From Thermoanaerobaculia bacterium (GTDB taxonomy: Bacteria > Acidobacteriota > Thermoanaerobaculia > UBA5066), in contig CAWFJJ010000005.1 in NCBI GenBank assembly GCA_963816185.1, positions 224,001-288,000 of the forward strand: a stretch of DNA of 64,000 nucleotides. Direction: 5' to 3'. Both the position numbers and the translations under genes were made by a program. Below are positions 41,284 through 50,857 of the stretch, piece by piece (position 1 is the stretch's first letter; each line of letters opens with the position of its first letter). The notes beneath the pieces are model-generated. The model made no database searches. It saw nothing but the letters and a program-made list of their open reading frames with translations, and was not told where the DNA came from.

Positions 41284-43683
41284 TCAGACCGCCGGGGGGA
41301 TCTTCACCCGGCGGACGATCGCCTGGAAGCGTGGCTCGGAGCGGAGCGGATCCCACGGCGAGAACACCCGGAGAAACACGAGGCGGCCCTCGCGCTCGTC
41401 GGCGGATTTTTCCAGCCAGCCGAGGGCTTTCTCCTTATGGCCAAGGCCGACCTCGACGAGCGCGAACGCCATCGCCGAGACGAATCGCTCTTTCGACATT
41501 GCCTCGAGCCGGTCGAGAGCGTTTTCCGCCTCTGCGCGCCGACCGGTCCGTCCGCAGACGTGGCCCCAGGCGGCGATCGGATCCGGCTGGCCCTCCTCGA
41601 GCTTCATGGCGCGCGTGAACTCCGACATGGCCTCGTCCGTGTGCCCGGCTCTGAGCTGAGAGAAGCCGAGGAAGATCCGCGTCAGCGCCGATGCGGGGTC
41701 CAGGTCGACCGCTTCCTTGAGTCGGGTCACCGCCTCCGCGTCGTCGCCGGCGAAATAGGAAGCCATCCCCACGTCCATGTTGATCCATACGTTCAGGGGG
41801 TCGAGCTGCCGCGCGAGGCGGATCTCCCGGAGGGATTCGTCGAAGCGGCTCGACGCGCTGAGAAGGTTCGAATACCACTGGTGCGCGACCGCGTCGTTCG
41901 GATTGAGGGCGATCGCCGTGAGGAATCCCTCTTCCGCGCTTTTCCAGTCCCAGTCGAACTCGTATTTGGCGTCCGCGAGCGCGGCACGTGCGCCGCTCAA
42001 CGTCGGATCGAGCTCGATGGCGCGGAGAGCCGCCGCACGCTGCTTCGGGAGGATCTCGCCGGGCGGCTGCATTCCGTAGAACGCACGCAGGTTGTACACG
42101 TCCGCGAGGCCCGCCCAGGCGAGGGCTTCTTTCGGGTCGCGCTCGAGGACCTTCTGGAACAGGGCGAGGCTCTTCTCGTAGCCCTCTTCGGTCCGCCTGT
42201 TCCAGTGGTAGCGCGCGCGCAGGTAGAGGTCCCAGGCCTCGGGATCGTGTGACGAGCGATTGGCGAGGCGCTGCTTGTCGGCCCCGGTCAGCGGGAGATT
42301 CAGCGAGCGCGAGATCCTCTCCGCGATCTCGGCGGGCAGGGCGGAGGTACTCGAGCTCGGGTTCGTGAGCCGATCCCCCCAGATGTGCGTGCCGTGTTGC
42401 ACGTCGATGAGCTCCGCCTGCACCGAGATGGAGTCTCCGCGTCTTTGCACGCGGCCGGACAGGGCGGCCTGGACCCCGAGCTTCTGCCCGGCCTTGCGGG
42501 GATCTTTTTCCTCGAGGCTGAACACCGTCGTCCGCGCCATCACGCGCAGTCCGGGCACCCGGGACAGGATGTTGATGAGATCCTCCGTGATCCCCTCGGC
42601 GAGGTACTCGTCCTCGGTTTTCCCCGTGTCGTTGACGAAGGGAAGAACGGCGAGGGAATCGAACCGTCCGGAAGACCGGTGGAGACGCGGCAGGACGAGC
42701 GCGGCGAGCGCGGCCGCTGCGACGAGGCATGCGGCGATGAGAGCCGTGCGGCTTCGGCCTTTCATCTCCGGGGGAGGGGTCACGAGGGTCGGCGCGACGG
42801 GCCCGCTCCGCGCGGCACCTGGCGCCGTCGCCGTGAGCTTCAGGGCGAAGGCGAGGTCCCGCGCCGTCTGGAACCTCTGTCCGGGATCCTTCTCGAGGCA
42901 GCGCAGGATGAGCAGCCGGAGGTCCTCCGGGATGCCGGGCGCGAGGTCGGCGGGGTCGGTGGGATCCTTGCGCAGTGTCGCGACGAGAACCTCGGGTCCG
43001 GTCTCGCCGGCGAACGTCCTCTTGCCCGTCACCATCTCGTAGAGAACACAGCCGAACGAGAAGATGTCGCTTCGCGCGTCGGCGGGCCTCCGCCGGATCT
43101 GCTCCGGCGAGATGTAGCCCGCCGTTCCCACGAGGGTGCCGGTCTCGGTGATCGCAACCTCCTCGTTCGAGCCGCCAGACGAGGATTCGCCCGGGTCCAA
43201 CGTGGCGATCCCGAAATCGAGGATCTTCACGCGCCCGTCCGAAGTCAGAAAAATGTTGCTGGGCTTCAAATCGCGGTGAACGACGCCGTTCGCGTGCGCG
43301 GCCCCGAGCCCCTCGGCGACGCTGAGACCGATCTCGACGGCCTTCCGCCAGGGGAGCGGGCTGCGGAGCGGTCCCTGCCCCAGCCTCTCGCCGAGAGTCT
43401 GGCCCTCGAGAAGCTCGCTGACGGCGAAGCTGACGCCGCCCGCGGAACCCACGTCGTGGATGTCGAGGATGTTCGGGTGCGACAAGGCGGCCACGGCCCG
43501 CGTCTCGCGCTCGAACCGTGCACGTGCGGCCGTATCGAGCGCGAGAGTCTCGGAAAGAACCTTCACGGCGACCTCGCGGCCGAGCCGCGTGTCGCGTGCC
43601 CGGTAGACCTCGCCCATCCCGCCGGCGCCGATCGGCGCCAGGATTTCGTAGGCCCCGAGGCGCGTTCCCTCGCGGAGTGTCAC
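41284..43683 (-). CDS. Hanks-type Ser/Thr protein kinase with TolB-like and TPR domains
   Basis: GAGGMGEVY, VAVKVL, HRDLKPSN, DFG, YISPE; TM helix; SLAVLPF; TPR repeats; WDPLRSEPRF. Confidence 0.95.
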   Translation of the reverse strand: MTLREGTRLGAYEILAPIGAGGMGEVYRARDTRLGREVAVKVLSETLALDTAARARFERETRAVAALSHPNILDIHDVGSAGGVSFAVSELLEGQTLGERLGQGPLRSPLPWRKAVEIGLSVAEGLGAAHANGVVHRDLKPSNIFLTSDGRVKILDFGIATLDPGESSSGGSNEEVAITETGTLVGTAGYISPEQIRRRPADARSDIFSFGCVLYEMVTGKRTFAGETGPEVLVATLRKDPTDPADLAPGIPEDLRLLILRCLEKDPGQRFQTARDLAFALKLTATAPGAARSGPVAPTLVTPPPEMKGRSRTALIAACLVAAAALAALVLPRLHRSSGRFDSLAVLPFVNDTGKTEDEYLAEGITEDLINILSRVPGLRVMARTTVFSLEEKDPRKAGQKLGVQAALSGRVQRRGDSISVQAELIDVQHGTHIWGDRLTNPSSSTSALPAEIAERISRSLNLPLTGADKQRLANRSSHDPEAWDLYLRARYHWNRRTEEGYEKSLALFQKVLERDPKEALAWAGLADVYNLRAFYGMQPPGEILPKQRAAALRAIELDPTLSGARAALADAKYEFDWDWKSAEEGFLTAIALNPNDAVAHQWYSNLLSASSRFDESLREIRLARQLDPLNVWINMDVGMASYFAGDDAEAVTRLKEAVDLDPASALTRIFLGFSQLRAGHTDEAMSEFTRAMKLEEGQPDPIAAWGHVCGRTGRRAEAENALDRLEAMSKERFVSAMAFALVEVGLGHKEKALGWLEKSADEREGRLVFLRVFSPWDPLRSEPRFQAIVRRVKIPPAV

Positions 43684-43717
43684 CGGTGGCTCCAGGGGAT
43701 TCTATTCTCGAGTCTTC

Positions 43718-44989
43718 TCAGAACTCCTTTGTGAACGAGAAATACAAGGCGTTGCGGCCCGTGGAAGAAGCGCCGTCCTTGCGGGTCTCGAGGCCGAAAT
43801 TGCGCGAGACGAAAAGCTCGATCGAGGAGTCCCACAAAAAGCCGCTCGTGAGTCCCACGGTGACACCGTCGAGCCAATCCGTGCGGTTCGTGAAGCCTCC
43901 CTGCGCATCGAACCGAACGCGGTCCGCCCGCGCCAGCGTGCCGCGCGCGGAGAGGAAGAGGAAGAACAGCGCTTCGAAGCGGTATTCCAGGTTCAGGATG
44001 CCGTAGCCGCGCGTCGCGATCTCGTCGAAGGCGGCCGCGGGAAGGATGGGCTGCGAGAGGCTTTCGAAATCACCCGCGTTGGATCCTCCCGAGAGACGCA
44101 GGGCGGAAAAGCGGTCCAGGCTCGAGCCGGCGCCGCCGTACGCCGAAAGGAGAAGGCGATGACGTTCGCTGTTTACGAACGGGACGGGAAGCGCCGCCAG
44201 CGCGTAGCCGCTGATCGCCGACCAGATCCGCGTCTCGTCGGCCGCATGGGGTCCGGTCGGGCCACCGCCCCAGTCCTGCCAGCCCGCGCGGTGCGCCCAG
44301 AGAGCGTCGAGCCCCCCGCCGAAACCCCGGTGGGGCAGTTCGAGGAGATTTCGCTCGAACGCGTCCGCTCGGACGCGGCCGTGGACGCGGCCCTCGTATG
44401 CATCCGAGGGAAGGCGGAAAGAGTCGAGCGTGTCGGAGCCGCGCCGGAAGAAGAGGACGCCTGGCTCGTACGTCAGCGCGGCCTCGACGGCGTTGTCCTG
44501 AAGGGAGGGAGCGATCGTGAAGCGCGTTCCGAGGCCGACGCCCGCCCGCACGACTGACCATTCCAGCTCCTCGGACGCGATCCGGCGCCCCTCGACGTAC
44601 TCCGAGCGGGCCCACGGGAGCGTGGTGTTCTCGAACGTGAGGACGCTTTCGAGCCTTCCGGAAAGCCTCCGGTTCCAGCGGACGTCGTCGTAGATGCCCA
44701 GGAGCACCGCGCGGAAACGCTCCTCGCCGCCGTTCCTGTTTCGCCAGAGGAGAACCGCTCCTTGGGGAACGAGCGTCCGGCTCTCCGGGCCGTCGGGAAT
44801 CCATTGGAGCGCGGCCCAGAGCTCGGTGACGCGAGTCCGGTCCCGCGCGGGAACGTCCACCGGCTTCCCGAAGAGGGTCCCCGTGAACGCTTCACCGGCG
44901 AGGGCCGTTCGACCTTCCTGCGCGACCGCGGGCCGCGCCAGGCTGCAACAGCCGAGAAGGCAGAGCAGAAACGCCCGGCCGGCTCTCAT
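43718..44989 (-). CDS. Putative outer-membrane beta-barrel protein
   Basis: Signal peptide, alternating beta-strand pattern, C-terminal ALYFSFTKEF. Confidence 0.65.
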   Translation of the reverse strand: MRAGRAFLLCLLGCCSLARPAVAQEGRTALAGEAFTGTLFGKPVDVPARDRTRVTELWAALQWIPDGPESRTLVPQGAVLLWRNRNGGEERFRAVLLGIYDDVRWNRRLSGRLESVLTFENTTLPWARSEYVEGRRIASEELEWSVVRAGVGLGTRFTIAPSLQDNAVEAALTYEPGVLFFRRGSDTLDSFRLPSDAYEGRVHGRVRADAFERNLLELPHRGFGGGLDALWAHRAGWQDWGGGPTGPHAADETRIWSAISGYALAALPVPFVNSERHRLLLSAYGGAGSSLDRFSALRLSGGSNAGDFESLSQPILPAAAFDEIATRGYGILNLEYRFEALFFLFLSARGTLARADRVRFDAQGGFTNRTDWLDGVTVGLTSGFLWDSSIELFVSRNFGLETRKDGASSTGRNALYFSFTKEF

Positions 44990-45069
44990 CTGATGATCCT
45001 TCCGTCCCCTACGACGAGCTGTTCAGAAGATGGGAGCCGGGAACGAAGCTGTAAATGATGAGAATGAAT

Positions 45070-45624
45070 CTAAGGGTTCCGGGGGTCATAGCTTCTTCCT
45101 TCGGCCGACGAGGAAGCGGTGGAAGAAGGGACCGGCTCGAGACGCAGGACGACGAGCGGAGGATCCAGCTTGTAGGCGGCCCCGTCGCCGTGGTCGATGA
45201 GAAACCCGGCGCCGGAGAGCGCCACGCCTCCGATTACGGCGCCCGTTGCAGCCCCTTCGAAGGCCAGAAAGCCCGAGTCGCTCCTGTGGCCGATGGCGCC
45301 CCCGGCGACGACCCCGACGGGAATGCCGATCGTATCGAGCCAGACCAGGCCCGAGTCCTTCCGCGTTAACGCGACGCGTCTCGTCTCGTAGCCTTCCTTC
45401 TCGACGACGATCTCGAGGGCCTTTTCCTTTCTCTTCAGCCTCAGGACGCCGGGGGTCGTGATCTTCTGATCCCCCACCGAGGCGATCGCGCCCGGCGGAT
45501 CGGTCTCGACGCGCACATTCTGGTGGGTCCCATGGATCATGGTCGCGCAGCCGGAAAGGAACGGTGCAAGCGCGAGCAAGAGCGAGGTTCCGAGGGGTCG
45601 GAGGCCTGTGCAACGAGCGTTCAT
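45070..45624 (-). CDS. PEGA-domain lipoprotein
   Basis: Lipobox LSGC, CATMIHGTHQ, VETDPPGA, VEKEGYE; AGGAG RBS. Confidence 0.78.
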   Translation of the reverse strand: MNARCTGLRPLGTSLLLALAPFLSGCATMIHGTHQNVRVETDPPGAIASVGDQKITTPGVLRLKRKEKALEIVVEKEGYETRRVALTRKDSGLVWLDTIGIPVGVVAGGAIGHRSDSGFLAFEGAATGAVIGGVALSGAGFLIDHGDGAAYKLDPPLVVLRLEPVPSSTASSSAEGRSYDPRNP

Positions 45625-45720
45625 GGCGCTTCTCCTTTTCTCTCGGGAGAACGTGGAGCCGCTCGTGCCCGGCAGTCTTCAAGGATTTCCGGGGTTCTTC
45701 TGGTATTTTTCGTGAAACCC

Positions 45721-46398
45721 ATGCGCCTCGGGTTCGGGGATTGCGTCTTCGACTCGGACACGCGCGAGCTCACGCGCGGAGGCAAAGCCGTTCACGTTTC
45801 CCCGAAGGCCTTCCGCCTGCTCGATCTCCTGCTGAAGAGCCGGCCGCGGGCGCTCTCGAAGGCAGAGCTCAAGGACGCGATCTGGCCGAAGACGTTCGTT
45901 CTCGAGACGAATCTCGCGAACCTCGCGGCGGAGCTGCGCGCCGCTCTCGGCGAAAAGGGCCGGAACTCCCGCTTCGTCCGGACGGTCCACGGCTTCGGCT
46001 ACGCGTTCTCGGGTGAAGCCCGGGGAGAGGGGGAATCGAAGCAGTCGAAAGGGGCGTCCTTCCGCCTGCTCGCCGGTGACGAGGAATTCCTCCTCCGGGA
46101 AGGCAGGACGGTCGTCGGGCGCGACAGGTCTGCGGAGGTCTTCCTCGACGACTCGACGGTCTCGAGGCGGCATGCGCGGCTCGTCGTCGACGGACCGAAC
46201 GTCACGATCGAGGATCTGGGCAGCAAGAACGGGACGTTCGTCTCCGGCCGCAAGGTGGAAGGTGTCGCGGCCCTGAAGGACGGAGACGAGATCCAGGTCG
46301 GATCGGTCTTCGTGACGTTCCAGGCGGTGCCCGAAGCGCGATCGACTGCCACCGCGCGCCGCAGGTCGACGGCCTCGCGTCGGCTGAAGGCCTTGTAG
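45721..46398 (+). CDS. Winged-helix (OmpR/CadC-type) plus FHA-domain transcriptional regulator
   Basis: FGDCVFD...SPKAF...LRAALG...RTVHGFGY; VVGR, VSRRHA, DLGSKNGT. Confidence 0.9.
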   Translation: MRLGFGDCVFDSDTRELTRGGKAVHVSPKAFRLLDLLLKSRPRALSKAELKDAIWPKTFVLETNLANLAAELRAALGEKGRNSRFVRTVHGFGYAFSGEARGEGESKQSKGASFRLLAGDEEFLLREGRTVVGRDRSAEVFLDDSTVSRRHARLVVDGPNVTIEDLGSKNGTFVSGRKVEGVAALKDGDEIQVGSVFVTFQAVPEARSTATARRRSTASRRLKAL

Positions 46399-46408
46399 AG
46401 GTAGAGCG

Positions 46409-46651
46409 CTAGCCGCCGGCGACGGGAGGCAGAAGCGCGACGGTGTCGCCCGGCGTGACGGGGTCGGTTTCCCGCGCCCACGCCTCATTGACCGCGAGCT
46501 TCGCGCGCGTCCCGAAGCGCGCGATGGCGGGATGGGCGGCCTCGAGGGCGCGCCTCAGTGACGTGACCGTGGCCGGCTCGGGCACCTCGACCGCAATCGT
46601 GCGTCCGACCGCGTCCCTCAGCGAGGCAAAGAGGAGAACCTCGACTTTCAC
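46409..46651 (-). CDS. moaD: Molybdopterin synthase sulfur carrier subunit
   Basis: VLLFASLRD, AVNE, C-terminal LPPVAGG. Confidence 0.92.
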   Translation of the reverse strand: MKVEVLLFASLRDAVGRTIAVEVPEPATVTSLRRALEAAHPAIARFGTRAKLAVNEAWARETDPVTPGDTVALLPPVAGG

Positions 46652-46704
46652 CTTGGCGATCTTACGTTGGGCCGCCGCGCCTAGAATCGCGCGCCGGAGG
46701 ACTC

Positions 46705-47490
46705 ATGGCGGACGGACGTCTCGCGGGAAAGAACGCGCTCGTGACGGGGGCGGGCCGGGGAATCGGGCGGGCCATCGCGCTCAGGCTCGCGGAAGAAGGC
46801 GCGCACGTGGCGGTGGGCGTGCGCAAGGAGAACGAAGGCGCGGCCGTCGTGGCCGAGATCCGGGAGGCAGGCGGGTCGGCCTCGACCGTCCTCCTCGATG
46901 TCGTGGACGCCGCCTCCGTCGCCACGGGCGTCGAGCGGGCAGCGCGCCCGGACCGGCGCCTCGACATCCTCGTGAACAACGCGGGGGTCGGGGGGCCGAC
47001 TCCGTTCGACGGCGACGAACGCTCGGACGGGGCCTGGCAGAGGATCCTGGACGTGAACCTCACGGGGACATGGCGCGTCTGCCGTGCGGTGCGGCCGTTC
47101 CTGCCCGACGGGGGGCGCATCGTGAACCTCTCGTCGGTGACGGGACGCTTCGGGGCCGCCGGCATGGCCGCGTACAGCACGTCCAAGCACGGCATCATCG
47201 GGCTCACGCGCACGCTCGCTCTGGAGCTCGCTCCGCGGAAGATCACGGTGAACGCCGTCTGTCCGGGCTGGGTCGACACGGACATGGGGCGTTCGGGAAT
47301 CGCCCTGATGGGAAAGACGATGGGGAAGAGCGTGGACGAGGCGCTCGCTTTCGCTGCGAAGATGGCGCCCCTCGGCGAGGTCCTCTCGTCGCCCGAGATC
47401 GCGGGCCTCGTCGCCTATCTCGCGTCTCCAGAGGCGAAGAACGTGACCGGCCAGGCCATCGTGATAGACGGCGGCCAGGTGATGCCGTGA
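46705..47490 (+). CDS. Short-chain dehydrogenase/reductase
   Basis: TGAGRGIG, NNAG, YSTSK, VNAVCPG. Confidence 0.93.
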   Translation: MADGRLAGKNALVTGAGRGIGRAIALRLAEEGAHVAVGVRKENEGAAVVAEIREAGGSASTVLLDVVDAASVATGVERAARPDRRLDILVNNAGVGGPTPFDGDERSDGAWQRILDVNLTGTWRVCRAVRPFLPDGGRIVNLSSVTGRFGAAGMAAYSTSKHGIIGLTRTLALELAPRKITVNAVCPGWVDTDMGRSGIALMGKTMGKSVDEALAFAAKMAPLGEVLSSPEIAGLVAYLASPEAKNVTGQAIVIDGGQVMP

Positions 47491-47521
47491 GCTCCGGAAT
47501 ACACGACGGCTGCCGGCGGAC

Positions 47522-48238
47522 TTGAGAAACATCAGAGCCGTTTTCTTCGACGCGGGGCAGACGCTTCTCGAAGCGGATCCGCCGGTCGAGGCGGTCTATC
47601 GCGAGGCGTTCGCGACGCACGGGGTCGAGGCGGACCTCGAGGCGGTGCACCGCGCCGTGCACGCGACCTGGCGGGAGGTCGATGCGCGGCGCGAACGCGG
47701 CGAGGAACGCTGGGGCGGGCTGGAGGGCGAGGCCGGCTTCTGGCGGCGCTTCGTCGAGGAGGTCTTCGGCCGCTCGGGAGGGACAGGGCTTCCGGAGCCT
47801 CTTCTCGAGGGCCTCATCGCGCACTTCCGCCAGGACAAGCACTGGAAGGTGTACCCCGAGACGCGCGAGGTCCTCTCGGCGCTTCGCAGCGCGGGGATGA
47901 ATCTTCTCGTCGTCAGCAACTGGGACTCGACGCTTCCGGGCCTTCTCGAGCGGCTGGGCCTCCTGCCTTTCTTCGACGGCGTCGTCGTCTCCGCGGTTTT
48001 CGGGTCGTCGAAGCCTTCGCGTGCCATCTTCGACGAGGCCGTCCGGCTCGCGGGCGTCCCGCATGCGGAGGCGCTGCACGTGGGCGATTCGCTCATCGAC
48101 GACTACCGCGGCGCTCGCGCGGCGGGTCTTCACGCTCTGCTTCTCGACCGCGGAGGGCAACGCTGCCCTCCCGAGGTCGAGTCCATCGCGTCCCTGGCCG
48201 AGCTGCCCGCCCGGTTGGGCGGACACTTCACGGCTTAG
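47522..48238 (+). CDS. HAD-IA family hydrolase
   Basis: FFDAGQTL, VVSNWD, KPSRAIF, HVGDS...DD. Confidence 0.9.
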   Translation: MRNIRAVFFDAGQTLLEADPPVEAVYREAFATHGVEADLEAVHRAVHATWREVDARRERGEERWGGLEGEAGFWRRFVEEVFGRSGGTGLPEPLLEGLIAHFRQDKHWKVYPETREVLSALRSAGMNLLVVSNWDSTLPGLLERLGLLPFFDGVVVSAVFGSSKPSRAIFDEAVRLAGVPHAEALHVGDSLIDDYRGARAAGLHALLLDRGGQRCPPEVESIASLAELPARLGGHFTA

Positions 48239-48250
48239 ACTCCCCGGGAC

Positions 48251-49768
48251 ATGTCGTCGCTCTTCCGGCGCAAGCCGCTCGATGCCCTGATCGCCGAAGG
48301 AGGCGACGAAGTCCACGGTCTCAAGAAGACCCTCAACTGGGTCGACCTGATGGCCCTCGGCATCGGCGCGATCATCGGAGCCGGCATCTTCGCCACGCTC
48401 GGCAGCGCGACGTCCGGCGGCACGGGTGCCCCGCCCGCAGGCCCCGGCGTCACGGTCTCGATCTTCCTCACGGCCGTGGCCTGCGGCTTCTGCGCGCTGT
48501 GTTACGCGGAGTTCGCGAGCCTCGTGCCGGTCGCGGGCTCGGCCTACACGTACAGCTACGCGACGCTGGGTGAGCTCGTGGCGTGGATCATCGGGTGGGA
48601 CCTCATCATCGAGTACGCCGTCGGAAACATCGCCGTCGCGATCTCGTGGGCCGCGTACTTCCGCCAGCTCATGCTCGGCTTCGGGGTCCAGATCCCCGCG
48701 TGGATGGCGACGGACTACCGTTCGACGGTCCTCGCGGCAAAGTCCGCCGCCGAGTCCGGCGTGGCGAGCCTCGGCCCCGAATACGCGCTCGCCTACGAGG
48801 CGCACCTGCACCATCCCGTCCTCGCGGGAATCCCGGTCGTCTGCAATCTCCTGGCGGTCGTCATCACGGCTGCGATCACCTGGATCCTCGTCATCGGCGT
48901 CAAGGAGTCGGCGCGGTTCAACAACGTGATCGTCGTCCTGAAGCTCATGACGCTGCTGTTCTTCATCGTCGTGGGCGCGATGTGGGTCAAGCCCGCGAAC
49001 TGGCATCCGTTCTTCCCCGGCGGCCTCCATGGCGTGTGGACCGGAGCCTCCCTCATCTTCTTCGCGTACATCGGCTTCGACGCGATCTCGACCGCCGCCG
49101 AGGAATGTGAGAACCCCGGCCGCGACATGCCGCGTGGAATTCTCGGTTCGCTCGCGATCTGCACGATCCTCTACCTCGCGGCGGCCCTCGTTCTGACGGG
49201 CATGATCCCGTTCGCGAAGCTGGGGGGCGTCGCCGACCCGCTTGCGGCCGCTCTCACGTACGTCAACCAGGGGTGGGCCGCGGGCATCCTCGCGTTCGGC
49301 GCCGTGGTCGCGATGACGTCCGTCCTCCTCGTCTTCCAGCTCGGGCAGCCGCGCATCCTCATGGCGATGTCGCGCGACGGGCTCTTGGGTCCGTGGTTCG
49401 GGAAGATCCACCCGACGTACCGGACGCCGTACGTCACGACGATCCTGACGGGCATCTTCGTCGCGTTCTTCGCGGCCGTCGCGAACATCGACGAAGTCGT
49501 TCAGCTCACGAACATCGGGACGCTCTTCGCGTTCGTGCTCGTGTGCATCGGGATCCTCATCCTGCGCGTCCGCGAGCCCGAGCGGCCGCGGAAGTTCCGC
49601 GTCCCGTTCTCGCCCGTGACGCCCGTTCTCGGAATCGCGATGTGCCTCGTCCTGATGGCGGGCCTGCCGATTCTCACATGGATCCGCTTCGGCGTCTGGC
49701 TCGTGATCGGCCTCGCGCTCTACTTCCTTTACGGCTCGCGCCGCAGCCGGCTCGCGGTGAAGACCTGA
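48251..49768 (+). CDS. APC-family (cationic) amino acid permease
   Basis: GIGAIIGAGIF, CYAEFAS, AGSAYTY, FFAYIGFD, MSRDGLL, NIGTLFAF. Confidence 0.95.
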   Translation: MSSLFRRKPLDALIAEGGDEVHGLKKTLNWVDLMALGIGAIIGAGIFATLGSATSGGTGAPPAGPGVTVSIFLTAVACGFCALCYAEFASLVPVAGSAYTYSYATLGELVAWIIGWDLIIEYAVGNIAVAISWAAYFRQLMLGFGVQIPAWMATDYRSTVLAAKSAAESGVASLGPEYALAYEAHLHHPVLAGIPVVCNLLAVVITAAITWILVIGVKESARFNNVIVVLKLMTLLFFIVVGAMWVKPANWHPFFPGGLHGVWTGASLIFFAYIGFDAISTAAEECENPGRDMPRGILGSLAICTILYLAAALVLTGMIPFAKLGGVADPLAAALTYVNQGWAAGILAFGAVVAMTSVLLVFQLGQPRILMAMSRDGLLGPWFGKIHPTYRTPYVTTILTGIFVAFFAAVANIDEVVQLTNIGTLFAFVLVCIGILILRVREPERPRKFRVPFSPVTPVLGIAMCLVLMAGLPILTWIRFGVWLVIGLALYFLYGSRRSRLAVKT

Positions 49769-49780
49769 CCAGGAATCAGC

Positions 49781-50857
49781 TCAGCGGAAGGCGCCCAGGG
49801 CGCCCGTCCCCGCGTAGCCCGTCATCTCGACGTACGCGCGGCCGAGCGGCGTACGGGCGCCCGGCACGATCACGTCGCAAGCGCCTTCCCAGTACGTCAC
49901 GCGGGTGGACTTTTCCGTCACGAGCTCCTGGTCGGCGAGAACCGGAACGATCTCGACGCTGAGCGAAGCACGCGGCACGCGCAGCGTCCACCGCGACGGA
50001 TACGTCCCGCCGGAACCTGGGCTCTTCCAGTGCGCCGTCTCCTCGATTGAGAAGTCCTCCGAGGAGAGAGATTCAGCTCTTCCGTCCTTCGCCACGAGAG
50101 TCCCGGAAGAGAACGGCGAGGCGCTTCCGGCCTTTGCGCGCATCCGGTAAAGCATGAGATCGCGGCCGTCGAGAAGGTGCAGCCCGAACCAGTCCCAGCC
50201 CGCCGTGTCTCTTCCGATCGAGCCCGAGCCCCACTCGTGGTCGAACCATGAAAGGCCGGTCACGGCCTCGCTCTTCCCGCCGTTCGTCCACCAGCCCTCG
50301 GAGCGGAGGCGCGTGAAGCTCACGTAGCGGCTTACGGCGTCGCTTTCCGGTCCTTTGCGCGAAAGGCCACCCGCGCCGTGGACGACCGGCGGTTTTTCGG
50401 GCGTCAGGATGAGCGAGATCTCCTCGCCGCCGTCCGAGGCGAAAAGCACGAGCCGGTTTCCCACTTCCTCGAGGCGCCAGTCCTCGTTCGCGACGCAGAG
50501 CCGGTCCTCGCGCGCGAAGGCCGCTCCGACGCCGGTGCGGTGGATTCGCTCGGCGAACCGGAACGCCCCCGCCATGACGTCAGTCCGCGCGAAATGCGCG
50601 AGAAAGAGGTCGCGTGCGGCGAAGGCGGACGTTCGCGCGCTCTTCGGCTCGTCGGCAATGCCCGTGCGAAAGAAGGTGAGCTGGTAGCCGAGCCGCTTTC
50701 CGGAGGGCGTGTCGAGCTGGCCCGTGACGTACCACCACTCCACGCGCGCGTCGTCGTGCGACCCGTGATCGCGGGGAAACGAGAGATTTTGCTTCGGATC
50801 GAGACTCTTGAATCGGCCGGCGAGGAGGAAAAGCAGCGCGAGTGCGAGATTCTTCAT
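49781..50857 (-). CDS. AttH-like lipocalin / carotenoid 1,2-hydratase-family secreted protein
   Basis: FPRDHG, EWWY, YQLTFFR, WFDHEW, GWDWF, YWEG, YVEMTGY. Confidence 0.88.
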   Translation of the reverse strand: MKNLALALLFLLAGRFKSLDPKQNLSFPRDHGSHDDARVEWWYVTGQLDTPSGKRLGYQLTFFRTGIADEPKSARTSAFAARDLFLAHFARTDVMAGAFRFAERIHRTGVGAAFAREDRLCVANEDWRLEEVGNRLVLFASDGGEEISLILTPEKPPVVHGAGGLSRKGPESDAVSRYVSFTRLRSEGWWTNGGKSEAVTGLSWFDHEWGSGSIGRDTAGWDWFGLHLLDGRDLMLYRMRAKAGSASPFSSGTLVAKDGRAESLSSEDFSIEETAHWKSPGSGGTYPSRWTLRVPRASLSVEIVPVLADQELVTEKSTRVTYWEGACDVIVPGARTPLGRAYVEMTGYAGTGALGAFR

